Origin: Acidimicrobiia bacterium
GTDB taxonomy: Bacteria > Actinomycetota > Acidimicrobiia > Acidimicrobiales > Aldehydirespiratoraceae
Direction of reading: 5' to 3'
DNA length: 64,000 bases
Assembly (NCBI GenBank): GCA_022821685.1
Contig: JAJEDD010000042.1
Span: forward strand, 35,071 to 99,070
In this document: positions 51,470-61,710 of the stretch, piece after piece
Layout: each line of letters begins with the position of its first letter
Numbering within the stretch: the stretch's first letter is position 1
Translations under genes and position numbers: made by a program
Notes under the pieces: model-generated
What the model saw: the letters and a program-made list of their open reading frames with translations, nothing else
What the model was told of the DNA's origin: nothing
Database searches by the model: none

Positions 51470-53014
51470 TTATGGCAGGCGGATGGGGAAGGCGGACCGG
51501 ATGCGGGCGTCGGCCTCGGCGCTGATGTGGGATGGACGGTGCTCGGCCAGCACCCGCTGGACGTGCTCATGGGCCCGGGTCCGGGCGTCCTTGCCGCCCG
51601 CGTCCATCCAGTTGTCGGGGGTATCGCGGTCGCCGATCTCGGGGTAGACGTACTCCCGCTGCATCAGCTCCAGCGTTTGGGGCGAACCCAGGAAATGGCC
51701 CGGACCGGCCACCACCTCGGCGATGAGCTCAGCCGACAGCGTCTCCTCGTTCACCTCGATTCCCCGCACGGTGCGGTTGATCGAGCCGAGCATGTCGTTG
51801 TCGATCACCAGCGCCTCCAGCGAGCAGCTCAGGATGCTGGCCACCATCCCCGCCGACTCGTACACCAGGTTGGCTCCGGCCTGGCCGGCCAGCGTCACGT
51901 TGACGCCCTTCTCGTAGCCGGCCTGGTTGTCGGGGATCTTGGAGTCGGCCATGCCCGCGGCCACCCCCGACGGCAGGCCGATCCAGTTGAGCAGCTGGGC
52001 CGCGGCCGCGTTGAGGATGCCCTCCTCGCCGGAGCCTCCGCTCATGGCGCCGGTGCGCAGATCCGAAACGAACGGCCACATGCCCATCACACACGGGTGG
52101 CCGGGGCTCAGCAGGTTGACCCCGGTGAGCGCGGCCAGGCACTCGGCCAGGGCCTGGGCCAGCGATCCGGCCAGCGCCGCGGGGGAGGTGGCCCCGGCCT
52201 GGCCGGCCGACAGCAGGTTGATGGGCATGCCCGTCTCGACCTGGGCCACCATGCACTTCGCCGACTCCTCCGCGAAGCGCAGCGGCGGCACCACGAAGGT
52301 GTTGTTGGCCGCCACGAAGGGCCGCTTGCGGAACTCGCCCCGCCCGCCGAGAGCCATGTCGAACATGTCCACCGTCTCATAGACGTGGTCGCGCTCGAAC
52401 CACGACGTGCCGACGGGCTTGGTGGTGCCCGCCATGGCCGCGTAGGCGGTGTTGATGTCGAGCTCGCGGGCGTCCTCCATGTCTCGGGCCACCACGGTGC
52501 GCACGAAGAAGTGGATGTGGTCGAGGGTGTCGACTAGGCGGGCGCAGTCGTAGACGTCGACTGCGGTGGAGGGGCGGAACTCCCCGGCGAGGTGGTCGTA
52601 CATCAACACGGCCGCGCCGGCGGTGCCGAAGTGGACCCGGTCGCCGCCCACGGTGATGGAGCGGTCGTCATCGAAGCCGTGCCACACCCACTCTTTGGCC
52701 GCGGTGGCGATGGCGCCCTCCACCAGTCCACGCGGGTAGCGCAGCCGGCCCGCATCATCGACGTGGCCGCCCGCGGCGGTGACCACCTCGGTGAACTCGT
52801 CGATAGGCGAGCCCATGCCGACGTTCTCGAGCAGCCCCAGCGCGGTGTCGTACACCTGCTGAAGGTCGGACTCGCTCAGCGGCGAGAACCGGCCTCCCGG
52901 CAGTCCCGGCCGCACCGGCCGGGCATCGACCTCCAGCGGAGCAGCGCGGGCCGCGATGCGCCCGGCCCTGCCGCCGCCCCGGCGCCGTCCCGCTGCCTCG
53001 GACACCTGCGTCAC
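51470..53014 (-). CDS. Trimethylamine methyltransferase (MttB) family protein, non-pyrrolysine
   Basis: RRRGGGRAGR N-terminus, AGQAGATSPAALAG, SDLRTG, ADSKIPDNQAGYEK, GPGHFLG; no in-frame TAG; start approximate. Confidence 0.88.
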   Translation of the reverse strand: MTQVSEAAGRRRGGGRAGRIAARAAPLEVDARPVRPGLPGGRFSPLSESDLQQVYDTALGLLENVGMGSPIDEFTEVVTAAGGHVDDAGRLRYPRGLVEGAIATAAKEWVWHGFDDDRSITVGGDRVHFGTAGAAVLMYDHLAGEFRPSTAVDVYDCARLVDTLDHIHFFVRTVVARDMEDARELDINTAYAAMAGTTKPVGTSWFERDHVYETVDMFDMALGGRGEFRKRPFVAANNTFVVPPLRFAEESAKCMVAQVETGMPINLLSAGQAGATSPAALAGSLAQALAECLAALTGVNLLSPGHPCVMGMWPFVSDLRTGAMSGGSGEEGILNAAAAQLLNWIGLPSGVAAGMADSKIPDNQAGYEKGVNVTLAGQAGANLVYESAGMVASILSCSLEALVIDNDMLGSINRTVRGIEVNEETLSAELIAEVVAGPGHFLGSPQTLELMQREYVYPEIGDRDTPDNWMDAGGKDARTRAHEHVQRVLAEHRPSHISAEADARIRSAFPIRLP

Positions 53015-53093
53015 CTGCCTTCGGTTGAACTGCCGGGGTTCAGGGTGGCGAGTGGTCCACAGCATCCGGGAGTTCCATGAGGTTGAGTGCTCA

Positions 53094-55559
53094 TCATGAT
53101 CGGGGCGCGGTGTTGGCCGGGTCGTAGGCCGGCTCGGCCAGCACGGTGGCGGTGCGGCGCTCGCCCAGCAGGTCGAGCTCGAAGGTGGACCCGGGCGCCT
53201 CGAAGGCCGGGGCCACGTACACGAAGGCCAGACTGCGGCCCACGGTGTGGCCCCAGGCGCCGCTGGTGGCGATGCCCATGACGTTGCCGTCGGCGTCGAA
53301 GGCAGGCTCGTTGCCCCGCACATCGTTGTCGGTGGCGTCCACCTCGCAGTACACCAGCACCATCGACAGCGGCTCTAGCTGGTCGCGCCGGGCCACCGTG
53401 GCGTCGCGGCCGATGAACGGCCGGCTCAGGTCGATGAAGCGTTCCAGGCGGGCCTCGATGGGGGTGATCTCGGTGGTGAGCTCCGAGCCCCAGGCCTTGT
53501 AGCCCTTCTCGATGCGCATCACGTTCATGGCGTAGCTGCCGAAGTGAACCATCCCGTGGGGCTCGCCCGCGGCGACCACCGCTTCGTACAGGTCGGCCAG
53601 CCGGTCCATGTCGCAGTGCAGCTCCCAGCCCAGCTCCCCCACATACGACACCCGCAGCGCCACACACGGCACCCCGGCCACGGTGATCTCGGCCGCGGTC
53701 AGCCAAGCGAAGGCGTCGTTGGCGAGGTCGGCGTCGGTGAGAGGCGCCAGCACGTCGCGGGCCCGGGGGCCGGTCACCGCCAGCAGGCCGGTGGAGTCGG
53801 TCACGTCGGCCACCTTGACGTCCTCGCCCGCACCGACGTGCTGTTGCAGCCAGTCGAGGTCGTGGCTCTGGCCCATGATGGCCGAGGTCGCATAGAAGCG
53901 GTCGGGCGCCAGGCGGGCGATGGTCATCTCGCACTCGATGCCGCCGAGGTCGGTGAGCATGTGGGTCAGCCGGATGCCGCCGTCTCGGGCCGGCAGCCGG
54001 TTGGCCGACAGGCGGTCGAGGAAGGCGGCCGCATCGGCGCCGCTCACCTCGAAGGAGGCGAAGGCGGAGATGTCGGCGATCCCGACCCGCCGGCGCACTC
54101 CCTGCACCTCGGCCGCCACCGGGTCGAAGGCGTTGGAGCGGCGGAACGAGTGCCGCTCGCCGGCGCCGTCGGGCGCGTAGTACTGGGGCCGCTCCCAGCC
54201 GTACACCTCCTGCCACTGGGCGCCCAGCCGGTCGAGGCGGCCGTGGATGGGGGTCGTCTTCTGGGGCCGGCCCGCGGCCCGGTACTCGCCGGGCAGGCGC
54301 ACCTGGTACATCTCGTGGTACTCGTCGCAGGCCTTGGCGACGGCGAAAGTCGAGCGGGGGCCGGTGTGGTCGCCGAAGCGGCGGGGGTCCATGCCCCGCA
54401 CGTTGATCTCGGTCTGGCCGTGGACCATCCACTGGGCCAGGTACTTGCCCGCGCCGGGACCCTGGGTGATGCCGATGGAGGCGCCGTTGCAGTGCCAGTA
54501 GTTCCCCAGCCCCGGCGCGGGGCCCATCAGGTAGCCGGAGTCGGGGGTGTGGGTGATCGGCCCCGACACGATCTGCTTGATGCCGGCGGTGGCGAAGGCC
54601 GGTATGCGCATGGCGGTGTATTCGAGGCACTCCTCGAGCACGTCGACGTTCTCGCCGGTGAGGTGGAAGTCGTGGGCCCAGTCGATGCCCTCCACTCCGT
54701 AAACCCTGGAGTCCGACATCTCGTAGGGGCCGACCAGCAGTCCGTCGATCTCGCGGCGGTAGTAGCACGAGGACCGGGGATCGCGGGTCACGGGCGGCTC
54801 GAAGCCGAGGTCGATCATGGCCTGCAGCGGCTCGGTGACCAGGTACTGGTGAATCACCGAGACGATGGGCACATCGAGGCCGACCATGGCCCCGAGCTGG
54901 GGTGCGTAGTGGCCGGCCGCGTTGACGACATGGTCGCACACGATCCGGTAGCTGTCGTCGGTGCCGCCGCCCATGCCGCCAGGGACGGCGATGATCTCCC
55001 AGCGCCCGTCGGGTAGGCGGCTCATGTCGGTCACCAGGGTGTGGCGGCGAATCTCGCAGCCGAGATTGCGGGCGCCCCGGGCCATAGCGTTGGTGCAGCC
55101 CGACGGGTCGGTCCAGCCGTCGTTGGGGGTGTAGAACCCGACCTTGACGTCGCTGAGATCCTCCAGCAGCGGATGGCGCTCGCGGATCTCGGCGGGGCCG
55201 ATCAGGTGCGACTCGACGCCGATCTGGGTGAGCATGGCGTGCACGTAGCGGTGCCAGTCGACCTCGTCGTCGCTGCGGGCCAGCCGGATGGCGCCGCAGC
55301 CGTGCCAGCCCGCCGACAGCCCGGTCTCCTCCTCGAGGCGGGGGTAGAGGGCCACCGCCTCCTCATGGACCTTGGCCATGTTGAGGTCGCCGATGAAGTT
55401 GGGGATCAGCCCGGCCGCATGCCAGGTAGACCCCGAGGTGAGCTCGCCCTTCTCCAGCAAGACGGTGTCGGTCCAGCCCTCATGGGCCAGGTAGTAGAGC
55501 AGGCCCACCCCCATGGCCCCGCCCCCAACAATCACACACCGCGCCTGTTGCGTTGTCAT
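53094..55559 (-). CDS. Dimethylglycine/sarcosine dehydrogenase-like FAD oxidoreductase with GcvT folate domain
   Basis: GGGAMG, ELTSGSTWHAAG, GWERP, SYVGELGWELH, MRIEKGY. Confidence 0.9.
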   Translation of the reverse strand: MTTQQARCVIVGGGAMGVGLLYYLAHEGWTDTVLLEKGELTSGSTWHAAGLIPNFIGDLNMAKVHEEAVALYPRLEEETGLSAGWHGCGAIRLARSDDEVDWHRYVHAMLTQIGVESHLIGPAEIRERHPLLEDLSDVKVGFYTPNDGWTDPSGCTNAMARGARNLGCEIRRHTLVTDMSRLPDGRWEIIAVPGGMGGGTDDSYRIVCDHVVNAAGHYAPQLGAMVGLDVPIVSVIHQYLVTEPLQAMIDLGFEPPVTRDPRSSCYYRREIDGLLVGPYEMSDSRVYGVEGIDWAHDFHLTGENVDVLEECLEYTAMRIPAFATAGIKQIVSGPITHTPDSGYLMGPAPGLGNYWHCNGASIGITQGPGAGKYLAQWMVHGQTEINVRGMDPRRFGDHTGPRSTFAVAKACDEYHEMYQVRLPGEYRAAGRPQKTTPIHGRLDRLGAQWQEVYGWERPQYYAPDGAGERHSFRRSNAFDPVAAEVQGVRRRVGIADISAFASFEVSGADAAAFLDRLSANRLPARDGGIRLTHMLTDLGGIECEMTIARLAPDRFYATSAIMGQSHDLDWLQQHVGAGEDVKVADVTDSTGLLAVTGPRARDVLAPLTDADLANDAFAWLTAAEITVAGVPCVALRVSYVGELGWELHCDMDRLADLYEAVVAAGEPHGMVHFGSYAMNVMRIEKGYKAWGSELTTEITPIEARLERFIDLSRPFIGRDATVARRDQLEPLSMVLVYCEVDATDNDVRGNEPAFDADGNVMGIATSGAWGHTVGRSLAFVYVAPAFEAPGSTFELDLLGERRTATVLAEPAYDPANTAPRS

Positions 55560-58015
55560 GGAGCGTCCTCCAGACGGACTCTTTGGTTTCGGGGATCGTA
55601 GAAGCTGCGGATCGATGGGGTGGCCGCCACTAGCTCGCCGCCGATGTTGATCTCGAAGGCGCCTGTGTCGAGCCAGTCCTGGACCACGCCCTCGTTGCCG
55701 GGGCGGCGCAGGTAGCCCATGGCCAGGCAGCGGTCCTCGGTGTAGCTCCACATCGACGAGGTGGTGCTGCCCACCGGCTCGCCGTTGCGCAGGATCGGGT
55801 CGTCGTGGTAGCAGAGCAGCTCGGGGTGCTCGAGGCGGAACTGGATGAGGCGCTTGTTGCGGGGCCGCTCGCGCTGGTGCTCCAACGCGGCCCGTCCGTT
55901 CCAGGGGTTGGGCTTGTCCCAGCCGACGGTGAACCCCAGCCCGGCCTCAATGGGGGTGTCCTCGTCGGTGATGTCGTGGCCCCAGTGCCGGTATCCCGAC
56001 TCGAGCCGCAGCGTGTTCATGGCGTGGTAGCCGGCCAGGGCCAGGCCGTGGGGCTCGCCCGCCTTCATCAGCGCGTCGTAGAGCTCGATGGCGTGGGCGT
56101 TGGGCAGGTAGAGCTCCCAGCCGAGCTCGCCCACATAGCTCATGCGCAGGGCCAGCACATCGATGCCGGCCACCGCTATGCGCTGCGAGGTGCCGAACGG
56201 GAAGTCGGTGTTGGTGAGCGAGGCGTCGGTGAGCGGGCCGAGCACGAAGCGGGCCTTGGGACCCATCAGCCCGATCATGGCCCAGTGCTCGGTGATGTCG
56301 GCGATCTCCACGTCGCGGCCGCGGCCGGCCCGGCGCAGTCGGGCCCAGTCCCTGGTCTGGGCCGCGGCCGCGGTCACCACCAGGAACCGGTCCAGGCCGA
56401 GGCGGGTCACGGTGAGGTCGGCCTCGATGCCGCCCCGGCTATTGCACCACTGGGTGTACACCGCCTTGCCCACGGGCACGTCGATGCGGGCCGTGCTCAA
56501 CTCGTCGAGCACCTTCAGCGAGTCGGGGCCGTCCACAGTGAACTTGGCGAACGAGGTCTGGTCGAACAGCGCCACCCGCTCCCGCACCGCCTGGCACTCC
56601 TCGGCGGTGTTGGGCCACCAGTTCTGCCTGCCGTAGCTGTAGGCGTAGATGCGGTCCTGGCCGTCGCGGGCGTACCAGTTGGGCCGCTCCCAGCCCGCGG
56701 TCTCGCCCCAGACCGCCCCGGCCGCATCGAGGCGGTCGTGCAGGGGCGACATCCGCCTGCCCCGGGCGCTCTCGTACTGGTAGAAGGGCCAGTGCATGGC
56801 GTACAGCAGGCCCAGGCTCTCGGGGATGCGCTCGGCCAGGTAGGCGGGATCGGACTGGAACTCGAACGCCCGGCGGATGTCCACCGACGACAAGTCCATG
56901 GGCGGGTGCCGGTCGGCGATCCAGTCGGCCAGGGCCCAGCCCACCCCGCCAGCGGACTGGATGCCCACCGAGTTGAACCCGGCCGCCACGAAGCAGCCGT
57001 CCACCTCGGGGGCCTCGCCCAGGTAGTACACCCCGTCGGGGGTGAAGGCCTCGGGGCCGTTGAGGAACAGCTGGATGCCGCAGTCGCCCAGCGCGGGCAC
57101 CCGGTGCACCGACCGCTCGAAGATCGGGCCGATGTGGTCCCAGTCCTCGCCCAGCGTGCCGAAGGTGAAGTCGCGGGGCACGCCGTCGAGGTTCCACACC
57201 TTGCCCCGGGGCTCGAAGAAGCCGGCCATGATCTTGCCGGTCTCCTCCTTGAAGTAGGTGTAGTTGCCGGGGTCGCGCAGCACCGGGGTGTCGGCGTCGA
57301 GGCCGAGCGGCTCGGACACGACATAGAAGTGCTCGCAGGCCTGCAGCGGCACGTTCACCCCGATCTGGGCTGCGAGCTGGCGGGTCCAGATGCCGGTGGC
57401 CAGCACCACAGTCTCGGTCGCGATGCTGCCCTGCTCGGTGTCGACGGAGGCGATGGCGCCGCCGCGGGTGCGCAGGCCGGTGACCGCGATGTCCTCGATG
57501 ATGCGCACTCCCCGGCTCCGGGCCCCCTTGGCCAGCGCCATGGTGGTGTCCACCGGGGAGGTGTGGCCGTCTCGGGGGACGTACAGCGCGCCCACGATGT
57601 CGTCGGTGCGGATCAGCGGCCAGCGCTCGCGCAGCTCGTCGACGTCGATCTGGCGGGTCTCGACCCCGGCGGTCACGGCCATGGCCGCGGCCCGCCTGAT
57701 CTCCTCCCAGCGCTCGGCGTCGGCGGCCACCGAGATCGATCCGGGGGTGCGGCAGCCGGTCGCCTGGCCGGTCTCGTCCTCCAAGGCCTCGTAGAGCCGG
57801 GCCGAGTAGGTGGCCAGCTTGGTGAGGCTGAAGGTCGACTTGAGCTGGGACACCAGCCCGGCCGCATGCCAGGTGGTGCCGCCGGTGAGCTTGTTCTGCT
57901 CCAGCACGACCACGTCGCTGATGCCCCGCCGGGCCAGGTGGTAGGCCACGCTGCAACCGACGATGCCGCCGCCCACCACCACGATCTGCGCTCGGTCGGG
58001 CGGCGCCTGGACCAT
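55556..58015 (-). CDS. Second dimethylglycine/sarcosine dehydrogenase-like GcvT-family protein
   Basis: GGGIVG, LTGGTTWHAAG, NGPEAFTPD, GWERPNW, SYVGELGWELY, LRLESGYRHWG. Confidence 0.9.
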   Translation of the reverse strand: MVQAPPDRAQIVVVGGGIVGCSVAYHLARRGISDVVVLEQNKLTGGTTWHAAGLVSQLKSTFSLTKLATYSARLYEALEDETGQATGCRTPGSISVAADAERWEEIRRAAAMAVTAGVETRQIDVDELRERWPLIRTDDIVGALYVPRDGHTSPVDTTMALAKGARSRGVRIIEDIAVTGLRTRGGAIASVDTEQGSIATETVVLATGIWTRQLAAQIGVNVPLQACEHFYVVSEPLGLDADTPVLRDPGNYTYFKEETGKIMAGFFEPRGKVWNLDGVPRDFTFGTLGEDWDHIGPIFERSVHRVPALGDCGIQLFLNGPEAFTPDGVYYLGEAPEVDGCFVAAGFNSVGIQSAGGVGWALADWIADRHPPMDLSSVDIRRAFEFQSDPAYLAERIPESLGLLYAMHWPFYQYESARGRRMSPLHDRLDAAGAVWGETAGWERPNWYARDGQDRIYAYSYGRQNWWPNTAEECQAVRERVALFDQTSFAKFTVDGPDSLKVLDELSTARIDVPVGKAVYTQWCNSRGGIEADLTVTRLGLDRFLVVTAAAAQTRDWARLRRAGRGRDVEIADITEHWAMIGLMGPKARFVLGPLTDASLTNTDFPFGTSQRIAVAGIDVLALRMSYVGELGWELYLPNAHAIELYDALMKAGEPHGLALAGYHAMNTLRLESGYRHWGHDITDEDTPIEAGLGFTVGWDKPNPWNGRAALEHQRERPRNKRLIQFRLEHPELLCYHDDPILRNGEPVGSTTSSMWSYTEDRCLAMGYLRRPGNEGVVQDWLDTGAFEINIGGELVAATPSIRSFYDPRNQRVRLEDAP

Positions 58016-58115
58016 TGAGCTCCCATCCGTCGATTCGCAGGTCCGGCCAGCCCGGCCCCAAGCCGGAGCCAATCTACGCCAGCAGCCAACCCGCCGCCAG
58101 CAAACCCTGCCCGTC

Positions 58116-58200
58116 ATTCCCAAAACGCGCTGCGTTTCATTCCCAAAGTGCACTGCGTTTTATTCCCAAAGTGCACTGCGTAGTATTCCCAGGACGCACT
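58116..58200 (+). repeat. AT-rich 23-bp tandem direct repeat, about 3.7 units
   Basis: Units start at 58116, 58139, 58162, 58185: ATTCCCAAAACGCGCTGCGTTTC / ATTCCCAAAGTGCACTGCGTTTT / ATTCCCAAAGTGCACTGCGTAGT / ATTCCCAGGACGCACT. Confidence 0.9.
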
Positions 58201-58258
58201 TTGACGGGTTCACGGAAACGCTCCGCGTCGAGCTGTCGCGGGACAAGGACGGGCTGCT

Positions 58259-59551
58259 ATGGGTCGTGACCATGAAGCACTGAGACCGCTGGTGATGCCG
58301 GGCTACCGGCCCCGGAGTGTGGATGCCATTGTGGGCGGCTCACTGCAACGTCGAGGGGCTGTCTTGATCGAAGGCTGCCGGGGCTGCGGCAAGACTTGGA
58401 CGGCGCGAAGCTTCGCTCGCAGCGAGGCGCGGCTCGACGACGAGGCCACCCTTCTGCTCGCCGAAGTCGACCCCGGAGCCCTGCTGAGCGGCGCCGCTCC
58501 ACGGTTGTTGGACGAGTGGCAGAACGCTCCGCGACTTTGGAATCGGGTGCGGCGGGAATGCGACGACCGGGCTGTGCCGGGCCAATTCCTGCTGACGGGC
58601 TCCGCTGCACCGCAAGACGACATCACCCGCCATACCGGGGTGGGCCGCATCGCCCGGGTCCTAATGCGGCCCATGTCGCTGCGCGAAAGCGGCCTCTCCG
58701 ACGGCTCGGTCTCGCTGAGGGGCCTCTTCAACGGCGAAGCCTTCTCAGCCATGCCACGGTCCGGGCAGGGGCTGACCGAGATCGCGGCATCGATCTGTGT
58801 CGGCGGCTGGCCTGCCAGCCTGGGCCTCGGCGAGGAACAGGCTCTTCTCGTCGCGGGCGACTACCTCAACGAGATCGTCCACCTCGAGCTTCCCGCCGCG
58901 AACGGTGTCACCCACAACCCCGCCGCGGTCCGCAGGCTGATGCGCTCGATCGCCCGCCACACCGCCACCGAGGCCAAGACGTCGACGCTGGCCGCGGACA
59001 CGGGCGCCGAGGGGCCGGCGGGCCGCAACACCGTCGCCGCTTATCTCGATGCGCTGGAGCGGGTCTTCGTGATCGAGGACCAGCCGGCCTGGTCGGTGCA
59101 ATTGCGCTCTAGGGCGACGCTGCGCAGAGCAGCCAAACGCCACTTCGTCGACCCGTCGCTGTCAGCGCACCTGCTGCGGGTGTCCCCCCGCCGGCTGCTG
59201 GCCGATCCCTCCACTCTCGGCCTGCTGTTCGAGTCACTGGCCGTGCGCGACCTGCGCGTCTACAGCCAGCCGGAGCGCGGCGAGGTGTACCACTACCGAG
59301 ACGACACCGGTCTGGAGGTGGACGCCGTCGTCGAGCGCGACGACGGTGCCTGGATCGCCGCTGAAGTGAAGGTGAGTCCCGGCCCCGATACTGTCGATGC
59401 CGCGGCCAGAGCGCTGCTGCGACTCCGCAGCAAAGTGAGCCCCTCTCGGGCCGACGACCTGACCGCGATGGTGGTGGTCACCTCCACCGGCGCCGCCTAC
59501 CGCCGCCCAGACGGAGTTCAGGTGGTGCCCATCACCACCCTGGGCCCATGA
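58259..59551 (+). CDS. AAA_14 ATPase with DUF4143 / PD-(D/E)XK-like C-terminal domain
   Basis: Walker A GCRGCGKT, Walker B LLDEWQ, LLTGSA, GGWP, KRHFVDPSL, LFESL, EVDAVVE...AEVK; alternative start at 58295. Confidence 0.88.
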   Translation: MGRDHEALRPLVMPGYRPRSVDAIVGGSLQRRGAVLIEGCRGCGKTWTARSFARSEARLDDEATLLLAEVDPGALLSGAAPRLLDEWQNAPRLWNRVRRECDDRAVPGQFLLTGSAAPQDDITRHTGVGRIARVLMRPMSLRESGLSDGSVSLRGLFNGEAFSAMPRSGQGLTEIAASICVGGWPASLGLGEEQALLVAGDYLNEIVHLELPAANGVTHNPAAVRRLMRSIARHTATEAKTSTLAADTGAEGPAGRNTVAAYLDALERVFVIEDQPAWSVQLRSRATLRRAAKRHFVDPSLSAHLLRVSPRRLLADPSTLGLLFESLAVRDLRVYSQPERGEVYHYRDDTGLEVDAVVERDDGAWIAAEVKVSPGPDTVDAAARALLRLRSKVSPSRADDLTAMVVVTSTGAAYRRPDGVQVVPITTLGP

Positions 59552-59604
59552 CGAAGGGATCCAACTGAACGCCGAACTGCCGTGGTAGGCGCTCCTGGCG
59601 GGGG

Positions 59605-60966
59605 TTAGGGGGTGCCGGGGATCCAGTTGGTTCCTGCTAGGGGGACTTTGGCCATGGCTGCGGCTTCCACTGTGAGCGCGGCCAGGTCTTCAGGCTCCAG
59701 GTTCAAGACGTGGGACTTGCCGTTGGCTCGGGCCAGTATCTGGGTCTCAATGGTGAGCACCTGGAGGTAGTTGGCCAGGCGGCGGCCGGCCAGTACCGGA
59801 TCGAGGCGGGCCGACAACTCGGGATCCTGGGTGGTGATCCCGGCCGGGTCGTTGCCGGCCTGGAAGTCGTCCCAGAATCCGGCCGAGGCGCCCAGCGCCC
59901 GATACTCGGACTCGTGGGCCGGGTCGTTGTCGCCGATGGCGATCAGCGCGGCGGTGCCGATCGAGGCCGCGTCGGCCCCCAGCGCCAGCGCCTTGGCCAC
60001 GTCGGCGCCCGAGCGGATGCCGCCCGCCACGATGAGCTTCACCTCGCGGCGGTGCACCCCGAGCTCGCGCAGGGCCCGCACCGACTCGCCGATGGCGGCC
60101 ACCGTGGGGATGCCGACATGCTCGATGAACACGTCCTGGGTGGCGGCCGTGCCGCCCTGCATGCCGTCCACCACCACCGCGTCGGCGCCGGCCTTCACCG
60201 CCAGCGCAGTGTCGTAGTAGGGGCGGGCCGCGCCCACCTTCACATAGACCGGAATCTGCCAATCGGTGATCTCGCGCAGTTCGCCGATCTTGATCTCCAG
60301 GTCGTCGGGACCGGTCCAGTCGGGATGGCGGCACGCCGAGCGCTGGTCGATCCCCTCCGGCAGGGTGCGCATCTCGGCCACCCGCTCGGTGATCTTCTGG
60401 CCCAGCAGCATCCCGCCGCCGCCGGGCTTGGCCCCTTGGCCCACCACCACCTCGATGGCGTCGGCGGCCCGCAGATGGTCGGGGTTCATGCCGTAGCGCG
60501 ACGGCAGATACTGGTACACCAGCGTGGCGGAATGCTGGCGCTCCTCGTCGGTCATGCCTCCGTCGCCGGTGGTGGTGGACGTGCCCGCCGCCGACGCGCC
60601 CCGCCCCAGCGCCTCCTTGGCCTGAGCCGACAGCGAGCCGAAGCTCATTCCCGCGATGGTCACCGGGATCTTCAGATGCACCGGCCGCTCGGCCCGGTCC
60701 TCGCCGATCACCACGTCGGTGCCGCAGGCCTCCCGGTAGCCCTCCAGCGGATAGCGCGACATCGACGCCCCCAGGAACACCAGGTCGTCGAGGGTGGGCA
60801 GGCGGCGCTTGGCCCCCCAGCCCCGGATCCGGTAGATGCCGGTGTTGGCGGCCCGGCGGATCTCGGCGATCACGTTGCGGTCGAAGGTGTACGACTCCCG
60901 CAGATGCCAGAAGTCGGGATCCGAGGCTTCGATGGGCTCGGGGCCTTCAGGCGATGGCGTGGTCAT
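59605..60966 (-). CDS. mgsC: FMN-binding glutamate synthase-like protein (N-methylglutamate synthase subunit, GlxD/MgsC)
   Basis: AGMSFGSLS, TTTGDGGM, GQGAKPGGGG, RHPDWTGPDDL, DGMQGGTAAT. Confidence 0.88.
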   Translation of the reverse strand: MTTPSPEGPEPIEASDPDFWHLRESYTFDRNVIAEIRRAANTGIYRIRGWGAKRRLPTLDDLVFLGASMSRYPLEGYREACGTDVVIGEDRAERPVHLKIPVTIAGMSFGSLSAQAKEALGRGASAAGTSTTTGDGGMTDEERQHSATLVYQYLPSRYGMNPDHLRAADAIEVVVGQGAKPGGGGMLLGQKITERVAEMRTLPEGIDQRSACRHPDWTGPDDLEIKIGELREITDWQIPVYVKVGAARPYYDTALAVKAGADAVVVDGMQGGTAATQDVFIEHVGIPTVAAIGESVRALRELGVHRREVKLIVAGGIRSGADVAKALALGADAASIGTAALIAIGDNDPAHESEYRALGASAGFWDDFQAGNDPAGITTQDPELSARLDPVLAGRRLANYLQVLTIETQILARANGKSHVLNLEPEDLAALTVEAAAMAKVPLAGTNWIPGTP

Positions 60967-61673
60967 CGACCGGCCGCTCGGGCTAGGGCATCAACGTCGT
61001 CGATATTGAAGTTGTAGAGGCGGCGGGCTGAGCCGTAGCGGCGGAACTCGGCGGGGTCGGCCCCTTCGACGGTCGAAGCGGCCGCGGCCAGCAGTCGGGC
61101 CAGCGTGTCGACGTGCTCGGGGCGCATCTCCTTCTCGACGCAGTCGGCGCCGAGCGACTCCACGTCGCCCCGCACGAAGATCCGGGCCTCGTAGATCGAG
61201 TCGCCCAGATCGGCGGCCGCGTCGCCGCACACCACCAGGTTCCCGGCCTGAGCCATGAAGGCGCTCATATGGCCCGCGTCGCCGCCCACCACGATGTCGA
61301 CGCCCTTCATGGAGATGCCGCAGCGGGCGCCGGCGTTGCCGCCCACCACCACCAGACCGCCGCAGCCGGTGGCCGCGGCCGACATGGTGGCGTTGCCGGT
61401 GATGCGCACCGTTCCCGACATGATGTTCTCGGCCAGGCCGGTGCTGGCGTTGCCCTCGACCAGTACCCGGCCGCGCTGGTGCATCCCGGCGCAGTAGTAG
61501 CCCACCGAGCCCCGCACCACCACATCGATGTCGGCGGTGATGCCGCAGGCCACCGCATGGGCGCCCCGAGGGTTGAGCACCTCGAAGCGTCCACCAGCAC
61601 CGGCGGCGTGCAGGGCGCCGTTGAGGTCGCGGCGAGTCGCCTCGGCCAGATCGAAGGTCCGCACGCCGCTCAC
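60963..61673 (-). CDS. mgsB: GXGXG-repeat protein (GlxC/MgsB)
   Basis: GSVGYYCAGM, GLAENIMSG, RCGISMKG, GDSIYE, SLGADC. Confidence 0.88.
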   Translation of the reverse strand: MSGVRTFDLAEATRRDLNGALHAAGAGGRFEVLNPRGAHAVACGITADIDVVVRGSVGYYCAGMHQRGRVLVEGNASTGLAENIMSGTVRITGNATMSAAATGCGGLVVVGGNAGARCGISMKGVDIVVGGDAGHMSAFMAQAGNLVVCGDAAADLGDSIYEARIFVRGDVESLGADCVEKEMRPEHVDTLARLLAAAASTVEGADPAEFRRYGSARRLYNFNIDDVDALARAAGR

Positions 61674-61710
61674 GCGGCCTCGCCCACTGCAACGTGGGTG
61701 GGCGCGACGC

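Noticed and set aside
51470-53014. Pyrrolysine recoding in MttB
   Set aside because: No in-frame TAG and no pyl genes in the window
58116-58200. Possible CRISPR array
   Set aside because: Units are head-to-tail with no unique spacers, and no cas genes are present
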